Source: Calditrichota bacterium
GTDB lineage: Bacteria; Zhuqueibacterota; Zhuqueibacteria; Residuimicrobiales; Krinioviventaceae
Direction: 5' to 3'
Length of the DNA stretch: 34,531 nt
Assembly (NCBI GenBank): GCA_003818595.1
Contig: RPQV01000004.1
Span: forward strand, 1 to 34,531
Below, in pieces: positions 27,475 through 34,531 of this stretch. A model generated the notes under the pieces. It saw only the letters and a list, made by a program, of their open reading frames with translations, had not been told where the DNA came from and made no database searches. How positions within the stretch are numbered: the first letter of the stretch is position 1; each line of letters opens with the position of its first letter. Made by a program: the position numbers and the translations under genes.

Positions 27475-28544
27475 CGGGCGTTTTCCAAATTTTTGCTGAA
27501 CCGCGGCATCTCATTGACAAACCGCTTGGGCTCTCTGATCGAACATTCATTCAAAACAAAAGCTGCCAGCAAAGGGAATATAATACTGTACTCTCCCCAT
27601 ATCTGTACCAATTTATCTTCATCAGCTTGTTTATACTTACCCCACGTTACCGCCTCGGCGAAGGTGCAGCTCGATAAGCTGCCTTCGCGCTCAACAGCCG
27701 TGGTGATTTGTAAGCCGCGTTCAGCACCTTCAAAAGTAATGCCCAAAATCTGACTGATGGTTGGCCCGGTCTGTTGAATAAAGTTTTTAGGGCCTCCGCC
27801 GCCTAATTCCACAAAGCCTGTTTGTGGATTCGAAAAAGTGATGGCTGCGGAGGAAAAGATATCCTGTTGTCCCGAAAGAACGATCGGATATCCCTCGCGA
27901 TCCGTACGCGCCAAATTCATTGCAATGGAGTGATTTGATAATGAATCCCAAAATAGGGGTATGCCCGAGCGTGCAGCAGCTGCCACATAACTGTGTTGAG
28001 GCTTGGGGGCTTTCTCGTCAACCCATCGACCAAGATGATAATTGAACTCCCAGCTGGAAAGGCTATTCCGAGAAAGCACATCATGTTTTTCTCTCACAAA
28101 TTGACGAATGAGTTCATCCTGAGCTTCAAGAGTCTCTTTTTCTCTAATCCCAATATCATATATACGCGTATCCCCTAAACGACGTAGCAGATTGTCATCC
28201 GTATGCGGATTAATCGCTTTCACCGGCAAGCCGAAGGCAAAATGCAGGTCATGGTATACCTGCGCTCCAGTTGAGCAGATGACATCGATGAAACCTGCTT
28301 CAATGAGAGAAATGATTTGACCGCCCATCCCACCGGCGACACCGGCGCCTGCTATACCCAGCCAAATGGCGTCGTCCGATTCGATCATTCGCCGGAGCAA
28401 ATGCGCGCCGCGCGCGACAACGCGCGCCTCAAAAGATGTTGCACCCATGAGACTAATCAATTCTGATATCGTCATTCCTTTTGTCAGGGTGACAGGCAGG
28501 ATATCTGGAGCACCTTCAAAATATGAGGTCGTTTTATGAGGCAT
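27471..28544 (-). CDS. Deoxyhypusine-synthase-like protein (SpeY-type homospermidine/aminobutyl transferase candidate)
   Basis: STGAQVYHDLHFAFG, RIYDI, GGGGPKNF, EAVTWGK (catalytic Lys motif of DHS). Confidence 0.88.
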   Translation of the reverse strand: MPHKTTSYFEGAPDILPVTLTKGMTISELISLMGATSFEARVVARGAHLLRRMIESDDAIWLGIAGAGVAGGMGGQIISLIEAGFIDVICSTGAQVYHDLHFAFGLPVKAINPHTDDNLLRRLGDTRIYDIGIREKETLEAQDELIRQFVREKHDVLSRNSLSSWEFNYHLGRWVDEKAPKPQHSYVAAAARSGIPLFWDSLSNHSIAMNLARTDREGYPIVLSGQQDIFSSAAITFSNPQTGFVELGGGGPKNFIQQTGPTISQILGITFEGAERGLQITTAVEREGSLSSCTFAEAVTWGKYKQADEDKLVQIWGEYSIIFPLLAAFVLNECSIREPKRFVNEMPRFSKNLENAR

Positions 28545-28559
28545 GAAATAATCCTTTAA

Positions 28560-29117
28560 TCAATCGAGAAGCATAACGGCCATGGCGACGACTGTCGTGT
28601 ACAAGCCGTCTTTATGGCCTCGCGCAGTTTGGGCAATACTTCGACTCACGAATTGATTCTTATGATCAACCTTATACAGCTTTTTTCGCTCATCCCAAGC
28701 CTGTTCCGGATCGAGGTCAATACCCAATGTAGAAGCGAGCATTGTAGCGGCAAGGTCCTCGGCAAAATCAGCTGCTTTTTGCTGAGTATGGCCGAAGGCG
28801 TGATGTTCGCTGATGTAGCCGTATTGTTCTTTATCTTTTGGTTGCGCCAGACCGATAGCGGCAGATAAAATCCTGCCCGGTTCATTGGTACACATACGCG
28901 CCATCACAACAAAGGTTATTTGACCCGGTTTTAGCAGCTGGACCCCTTCCTCCTTGGAAATAATTTTGCAGCTGGGAGGGAAAATGCTGGATACGGTTAC
29001 CAAGTTGCAGATTTCAGTTCCTGCCGATCTGAGAGCCAATTCAAAGCTTTGTAATTCATTTTTATGATTGCCAACCCCTTTGGTAAAAAACATGCGTTTG
29101 GGCACTTGTTTATTCAA
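28560..29117 (-). CDS. pdaD: Pyruvoyl-dependent arginine decarboxylase
   Basis: [25 protein letters not shown] (Ser-Ser autocleavage site), [20 protein letters not shown] start with GGAGG RBS. Confidence 0.93.
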   Translation of the reverse strand: MNKQVPKRMFFTKGVGNHKNELQSFELALRSAGTEICNLVTVSSIFPPSCKIISKEEGVQLLKPGQITFVVMARMCTNEPGRILSAAIGLAQPKDKEQYGYISEHHAFGHTQQKAADFAEDLAATMLASTLGIDLDPEQAWDERKKLYKVDHKNQFVSRSIAQTARGHKDGLYTTVVAMAVMLLD

Positions 29118-29165
29118 CTCACAAATCCTCCTGACATTTAAAAACCGTTAATTTTTATGGAACTC

Positions 29166-29194
29166 AATGTATTAAAAAGTTAAAAAATACACAA
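29166..29194 (-). promoter_or_regulatory. Candidate promoter for the polyamine operon
   Basis: Minus strand TTGTGT-N17-TACATT in an AT-rich gap. Confidence 0.4.
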
Positions 29195-29217
29195 AGTATT
29201 ATTTAGAATTTCATTTA

Positions 29218-29757
29218 TCAAGGAATTGAAAACCGTCGGTGAAGCAGTTCAACAAACAGCAAAGCCGCTATGCCGCCGATCAATGCAGTAGCAAATTGCG
29301 GCGCCGCCATCATCAAGATCAAAGCTTTTGGAAGCTGGGCAGAGATCAGGAGCGGAACAATGAAACGAGCAGCAGCATAAAGTATCGTCATCTTGAGCAG
29401 ACTCGCTATCAACAATCCCAGCCAGGCTGTAAACGTAAAGAGAGATTCGACCTGCCGGCCTTTGCCGGAAAAACGTCGAAATACGGTAAACGCTAAAACA
29501 AAGCCCGCATTAGCCAACACAATGAAGGGGATCATGGGGGCGAGTGGCGGCGGCAGTTGACCGCGAAGAGCCGCCAGAATGGGTGTGAACAAACCCAAAA
29601 TGACCCCCGCCCCTGGATTGATGATCAATGAGGTGATGATCAGCATCATGTTAATTAACGGACCTGTAAAAGGTTGAGGCAAGCCCATCATTTCGATGGA
29701 AAGTGTCAACGCAGTCAAAAAAACAAAACGTGTCAAGGATCGAGTGGATGGTTTCAT
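29218..29757 (-). CDS. ECF transporter S component, substrate unknown
   Basis: About 180 aa with 5-6 TM helices. LPQPFTGPLIN, TPILA, MIPFIVLAN and PQFATALIGG are motifs typical of an S-component family. Confidence 0.75.
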   Translation of the reverse strand: MKPSTRSLTRFVFLTALTLSIEMMGLPQPFTGPLINMMLIITSLIINPGAGVILGLFTPILAALRGQLPPPLAPMIPFIVLANAGFVLAFTVFRRFSGKGRQVESLFTFTAWLGLLIASLLKMTILYAAARFIVPLLISAQLPKALILMMAAPQFATALIGGIAALLFVELLHRRFSIP

Positions 29758-29886
29758 TCAATTTCCTAAAAAAATGATGCGAATATTAACGCAAAAAAAA
29801 TTAAAATCAAATGAATTTTATCTTGATGAAATTGGTTTATTGAATATATTACAATGAATTTTGACAAATTAAGTTGGGAGGTCAGT

Positions 29887-30897
29887 ATGGCTGACATGGA
29901 ATTTATTTCTCAGATGCGTGTAAAAACGCAAAAATCGCTTTTAAAAAAAGCAAATGTTATCGGGGTAGGGATTGGATTCAAAGAAACTGAAGGAAAAATG
30001 ACTACTGATTTATCTCTGAAGGTGCTGGTTGTCGAGAAACTCCCCATATCTGCTTTGGCTGCGCAGGATTTAGTGCCCAAGGAGCTGAACGGCGTCAAAA
30101 CAGACGTGACATATGTCGGAAGAATCCACGCCCTGCAAAGTCCGACCGCAAGACATCGACCCGCATTTCCCGGTATCAGCATCGGACATTATGCAATCAC
30201 TGCAGGAACATTTGGAGTCGTGGTTCGCGATCGACAAACCAACGAACGACTTATCCTGTCCAATAATCACGTCCTCGCAAACGGTAACAATGCCTCACCT
30301 GGCGATTCTATCATCCAGCCCGGAGCTGCTGACGGCGGTCGCACACCTCGGGACAGAATTGCGGATCTGTCCCGATTTGTGAAAATACAGTTTAAAGGAG
30401 ACGGTGGTGGAAATGGCGGATCGAGTTGCCCTTTCGCTCGATTTACTGCTTCGTTTCTGAATGTCATTGCCTCACTATTCCGCTCAAAAAGCCGCATGAC
30501 TGTAGTACAGGCTGACGGTCTCAATCTTGTCGATGCCGCCGTTGCCAAGCCGATCAGTGAGGATATTATCACCGAAGAGATATTAAAAATAGGACAGGTC
30601 AGCGGGAGCGCGGAAGCAAAAATCGGCATGAAGGTGCGCAAAAGCGGGCGGACAACAGGTTATACAGAGGGCGAAATTACCGTCTTGGACACCACCATTG
30701 AAGTGGGCTATGGCGGTCAAGTTGCCATGTTCGAACATCAAATATTGGCAAGCGGAATGTCTGAACCTGGTGACTCGGGTTCCTTGATCGTAGATCAACA
30801 AAATCACGCAGTCGGGCTGCTGTTCGCCGGATCTGCAAATGTGACCGTTTTGAATCCAATAGCAGCTGTGCTCACAGCGCTGAACATCACACTCTAG
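29887..30897 (+). CDS. NAL1-like trypsin-fold serine protease, no signal peptide
   Basis: AGTFG, ILSNNHVLA (His), VDAAVA (Asp), KSGRTTG, PGDSGS (Ser). N-terminal NVIGVGIGFK...VPKELNGVKTDV domain. GGGAGG RBS before ATG 29887. Confidence 0.85.
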   Translation: MADMEFISQMRVKTQKSLLKKANVIGVGIGFKETEGKMTTDLSLKVLVVEKLPISALAAQDLVPKELNGVKTDVTYVGRIHALQSPTARHRPAFPGISIGHYAITAGTFGVVVRDRQTNERLILSNNHVLANGNNASPGDSIIQPGAADGGRTPRDRIADLSRFVKIQFKGDGGGNGGSSCPFARFTASFLNVIASLFRSKSRMTVVQADGLNLVDAAVAKPISEDIITEEILKIGQVSGSAEAKIGMKVRKSGRTTGYTEGEITVLDTTIEVGYGGQVAMFEHQILASGMSEPGDSGSLIVDQQNHAVGLLFAGSANVTVLNPIAAVLTALNITL

Positions 30898-30905
30898 TAA
30901 TCATT

Positions 30906-33080
30906 ATGTCGCTCTTTGATTTACTGACTGTCGTCGGTTTTGGTTTTGGTACAGCTCTTACCATTATATTATTTTCTCTTTCGATGCAAAGGATGCCGAA
31001 GCGTCCCGTTGATATTGCTTTCGGCATCCTCTTTCTCGCTTTTATCTTCTGGTTCGGCAGCAACTTTATTGCGGTATTGGTCAATTTCCTGATGGGGTCG
31101 GTCGCCCGACCTGAGATCAATGTTCTGCTGCTTCTCGCGTATTTAGGACTTTGCATTACTCCGTCTTCTCTGCTGCACATCCAGATTGCCAGTCTGCTGA
31201 ACTCAGGCCAACTGGAGAGCCGCCTCAGCAAGCGTCACATTTTAATTTTATCATCACTTTACATTCCTGCAGTCATTTTTATCATATTATACGCTTCTCA
31301 ATTTTTCTCCCTGACCAACGCAACCCCGGGTAAAAGTCATCTCATCAGCACGCCTTTTATCATTTGGATGCTTATCAGTATGACCGCATCAGCAGCTTTT
31401 TCCGAAAAGTTGATAAAAATATTGGAACACGTAGCTGACCGAAGATTTTATCGGGACATGACCTATGTCCTGTCATTCATTGGACTGGGCGTTGTTTTTA
31501 TCTATATCTTTTCATTCCATCGCCTTCCATATATCGGCCCCTATCTCGATCTAATCATGCTGCTTTCTCCAGCCTTGCCAATGGGAGTGTTACTCTATTA
31601 TGTCTATCGCTACAATTTTTATCGGCTGATCGTCAAACCCAGTCTGGTCTATTCCATCTTATATGGACTCTTCATGGCCGTCTACTTGCTGGGAATTCGC
31701 CGGGTGGGAGAATATCTGCGACAATTCCCCGAGATCAATGCTGATCTCATTGAAGGACTTTTGCTCATCGCTCTGGTTTTTGCATTTCAACCCTTCCGCT
31801 CCGCTTTTCATAGACAACTCGACAAATTATTTTTCAAGGATCGTTATTATTATCAACAGTTCCTGCGTGAATTGTCTGACAGCATTAGCAGTATTGTCGA
31901 CCTTGAAGAATTGATGCAGGCGATCCGAAAATCATTGATCCAAACACTGCAAGTGAGAGAATGCATCATCGTCATTTTTACCGTCGATAATGATCAGGCA
32001 GAAATAATCAAATCAACTGGCCACGGTCACGTCAGCGATCTTCAATTGCTCATCAACGCGGTCCAGGCGACAGCTCACTTTAGATTGCGTCGTCAAATCC
32101 ATGATCATCGAGTTATGGCCGCACTACGCATCAATCAATTGACCTTGGCAGTACCGATCAACTATCAGGAACAATTGCATGGCCTGATTTGCCTGGAACA
32201 AAAAGAGAGCGGAAATGTCTTTTCCGATGAGGAATTGGATGTACTTCAGACTTTTTCAAATCAAATTGGACTCGCTTTTGAAAATGCGCGATTGGTGCAG
32301 GAGCGTTTGGAACTCATCGGTCGAATTTATCAGAGCGAAAAACTCTACTCTCTCGGACAATTGGCAACCACCCTTTCTCATGAAATCAAAAATCCTTTGT
32401 CATCGATTAAAACGATCATTCAAGTGCTCCATGAAAAAGCAGAAGGAGAAGAAAAGACCGATCTTTCGCTCGTTCTTGATGAAATTCTCCGCCTGCAGGC
32501 CATTACAGGAAAACTGCTCAGCTTCGCACGGCCGGCTGGCACAAACATAGAAAGACTTTACGTGCAAAAGATCATCCAGGATGTTGCCGCCTTGCTGCAG
32601 CATCAGGCAAAGCAGGCCAAAATCAGCCTACAGCTTTTTCTGGATTCAGTTCCCCCGATCGAGGCAAAACCTCAGGCGATTCGGGAAATAGTTTATAATC
32701 TCATGTTAAACGCCATTCAGAGTATCCCATCCCAAGGGGAAGTAGATGTCTTTTTGAAAATTGTTTATTTAAACATGGAACCCAGGTTTCAATTATTCAA
32801 GAAGCACCCTCTGCCCTCGTCCATACTCAAATTAGAAGTCAAAGATACCGGATCGGGAATTGCTCCTGAAATGATTGGTAAAATTTTTGATCCTTTTTAC
32901 ACCTTAAAAACCAAGGGTACTGGGCTGGGCTTGACAATTGTCAAAAGAAATGTCGAAGAGTTGGGAGCAAGCATTGAGGTCGAGAGTACCTTGGGCAAAG
33001 GTTCAACGTTTACTGTTAATATTCCATTGAATAATGATCAACAGGATTCTTATGCAAAAATGCAAAATCCTCATCGTTGA
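30906..33080 (+). CDS. Multi-TM GAF histidine kinase (PrsK-like architecture)
   Basis: About 9 TM helices in aa 1-300. GAF (LAVPINYQEQLHGLICL...FSDEELDVLQTFSNQIGLAFENARL). LSHEIKNPL, NAIQ, DTGSGI, GTGLGL. Confidence 0.92.
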   Translation: MSLFDLLTVVGFGFGTALTIILFSLSMQRMPKRPVDIAFGILFLAFIFWFGSNFIAVLVNFLMGSVARPEINVLLLLAYLGLCITPSSLLHIQIASLLNSGQLESRLSKRHILILSSLYIPAVIFIILYASQFFSLTNATPGKSHLISTPFIIWMLISMTASAAFSEKLIKILEHVADRRFYRDMTYVLSFIGLGVVFIYIFSFHRLPYIGPYLDLIMLLSPALPMGVLLYYVYRYNFYRLIVKPSLVYSILYGLFMAVYLLGIRRVGEYLRQFPEINADLIEGLLLIALVFAFQPFRSAFHRQLDKLFFKDRYYYQQFLRELSDSISSIVDLEELMQAIRKSLIQTLQVRECIIVIFTVDNDQAEIIKSTGHGHVSDLQLLINAVQATAHFRLRRQIHDHRVMAALRINQLTLAVPINYQEQLHGLICLEQKESGNVFSDEELDVLQTFSNQIGLAFENARLVQERLELIGRIYQSEKLYSLGQLATTLSHEIKNPLSSIKTIIQVLHEKAEGEEKTDLSLVLDEILRLQAITGKLLSFARPAGTNIERLYVQKIIQDVAALLQHQAKQAKISLQLFLDSVPPIEAKPQAIREIVYNLMLNAIQSIPSQGEVDVFLKIVYLNMEPRFQLFKKHPLPSSILKLEVKDTGSGIAPEMIGKIFDPFYTLKTKGTGLGLTIVKRNVEELGASIEVESTLGKGSTFTVNIPLNNDQQDSYAKMQNPHR

Positions 33081-34452
33081 CGATGAATCGACAGCGCGTT
33101 ATGGCATGCGCAAGGCATTGAATTCATCAGAGGTGGTGATAGATGAAGCGGAAGATGGTGAAATTGCCTTGGCAAAAATTGCCGAATGGCAGCCGGACAT
33201 TGTCGTTTGCGACATCAACATGCCCAGAGTGAACGGTCTCCAAATGCTGAAAAGTCTGATGGAAAAGCAGGTACTCTCTAAAAAACCGCAGGTCATTGTC
33301 GTCACAGCATATGGGTCTGAAAAAATTGCAGTGGATGCGATGAAAGCCGGCGCCTATGATTATCTGAGCAAGCCGTACGACATTGACGAATTGAGATTAG
33401 TCGTCAAAAAAGCATTGGATAATCTGCGTCTGCAACAGGAAAATTTGAGATTAAAACAGCAAGTTAGTGGGCAAGTTGGACTCCTCGGCGAGAGCCAATT
33501 GATACAGCAGATCAATCGGTTGATAGAAAAGGTTGCTCCCACGGATGTGACCCTCTTAATCACCGGAGAAAGCGGTACCGGAAAAGAACTGGCAGCTTAC
33601 ACCATTCATTCACTCAGCAGAAGGTGCGACGGCCCTTATATTACCATGAACTGCGCTGCCATACCAAAAGATTTGGTTGAAAGTGAGCTGTTCGGGCACG
33701 AAAAAGGCGCTTTTACAGGTGCCGGAGCACAACGACAAGGCAAGTTTGAGTTGGCGCATACAGGAACTCTTTTTTTAGACGAGATCGCCGACATGAGTCT
33801 TGACACCCAAGCCAAGATATTGAGAATTATGGAAGATAAAACCTTCACACGTCTGGGCGGCAAACAGGCGATTAAAACAGATGTTCGCCTCATCAGCGCC
33901 ACCAATAAAGATTTGGCAAAGGAGATTGATCAGGGTAATTTCCGCCAAGACCTATACTATCGCCTCAAAGTCATTGAAATCAATCTGCCGCCGCTGGTAA
34001 AGCGCAAAGAAGATATTCCGCTGCTGGTGAATCACTATCTGCCGCGGATCGCGCAGCAGTACTATAAATCCTGCGAGGGAATTGATTCCGCTGCGCTTCG
34101 TCTGCTCATTGATAACCCATGGCCGGGCAACGTGCGCCAATTGATTCACGTACTCGAACAAGCCGTGGTGTTGGCAGAAGGAGTGAAAATTTTTGTTCAA
34201 GATCTTCCCGATGAATTTCAACAAAAACATCAGGAATCATTTCGCTCGGCGTTATATGACCATTTGGGCATTTTGTCATTCACTGAACTCAAAGAACAGG
34301 TTGTAACAGGTTTTGAACGCGAAGTGATCACAAAGGCACTACAGGAGAGCCACGGCAATATCAGCCAGGCTGCCAGACTCTTGAAAATGAAACGACAGTT
34401 TCTGCAGGCAAAAATCAAAAGCATTCAGCTTAACCTGAACAACCACCGATAG
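33052..34452 (+). CDS. Sigma54-dependent NtrC-family response regulator
   Basis: REC (LIVDD, CDINMP, KP), GESGTGKE, ELFGHEKGAFTGA, FLDEI, FRQDLYYRL, WPGNVRQL, Fis HTH (GNISQAARLL). Start at ATG 33052. Confidence 0.96.
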   Translation: MQKCKILIVDDESTARYGMRKALNSSEVVIDEAEDGEIALAKIAEWQPDIVVCDINMPRVNGLQMLKSLMEKQVLSKKPQVIVVTAYGSEKIAVDAMKAGAYDYLSKPYDIDELRLVVKKALDNLRLQQENLRLKQQVSGQVGLLGESQLIQQINRLIEKVAPTDVTLLITGESGTGKELAAYTIHSLSRRCDGPYITMNCAAIPKDLVESELFGHEKGAFTGAGAQRQGKFELAHTGTLFLDEIADMSLDTQAKILRIMEDKTFTRLGGKQAIKTDVRLISATNKDLAKEIDQGNFRQDLYYRLKVIEINLPPLVKRKEDIPLLVNHYLPRIAQQYYKSCEGIDSAALRLLIDNPWPGNVRQLIHVLEQAVVLAEGVKIFVQDLPDEFQQKHQESFRSALYDHLGILSFTELKEQVVTGFEREVITKALQESHGNISQAARLLKMKRQFLQAKIKSIQLNLNNHR

Positions 34453-34456
34453 ACTT

Positions 34457-34482
34457 TGCAGCCTCGCTGCCTACCGCAGGCA
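34457..34482. promoter_or_regulatory. Overlapping palindromes, candidate enhancer (UAS) sites
   Basis: GCAGC-N3-GCTGC (34458-34470) and TGCCT-N5-AGGCA (34468-34482) immediately after the activator gene. Confidence 0.4.
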
Positions 34483-34531
34483 TTCCAGCAATAAGCCCCT
34501 TAAACAGTTACATTATTCTACGCGATTGAAG

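Noticed and set aside
28400-28430. GC-rich CGCG run
   Set aside because: Explained by Ala/Arg codons (ARVVARGA) of the DHS-like gene.
1-34531. CRISPR arrays, IS elements, integrases, prophage genes, tRNAs or defence systems
   Set aside because: No regularly spaced repeats, transposase or integrase motifs, or tRNA cloverleafs were seen. Nearly all of the sequence is explained by intact genes.

Overview
A roughly 44% GC bacterial chromosomal segment that is mostly core or metabolic. I saw no mobile element, CRISPR array or tRNA. The gene content (LPS heptosyltransferase, archaeal-type pyruvoyl arginine decarboxylase, PA14 lipoprotein, sigma54 two-component system) suggests a diderm FCB-superphylum-like lineage such as KSB1/Calditrichota; this is inference only. 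From left to right: the 5' end of a 16S rRNA gene on the minus strand with boxA and a sigma70 promoter; sat-cysC; greA, an isochorismatase-family hydrolase, trxB and a liaF-like gene; a DUF1015 protein; a coupled GMC oxidase (ChoD-like)/ALDH/GT2 operon followed by a beta-hydroxyacid dehydrogenase; a VWA+PA14 lipoprotein; pepD; a DUF4097 protein; polyprenyl synthase, UDP-GlcA decarboxylase and GT9; rsfS-argS-pfkB-ecfA; a degenerate PocR/PAS hybrid kinase; a polyamine operon (pyruvoyl ADC, deoxyhypusine-synthase-like protein, agmatinase); an ECF S component; and an operon joining a signal-less NAL1-like serine protease to a PrsK-like multi-TM/GAF kinase and a sigma54 activator. The most interesting observations are the protease-TCS operon with candidate enhancer palindromes, the divergent DHS-like polyamine pathway, a shared ECF-sigma (sigmaW-like) promoter on two envelope-stress genes, a promoter-proximal terminator in the greA leader, and non-canonical catalytic motifs in ArgRS (NIVS in place of HIGH) and EcfA (H-switch His to Gln). 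Family assignments come from motif recognition, not database searches.
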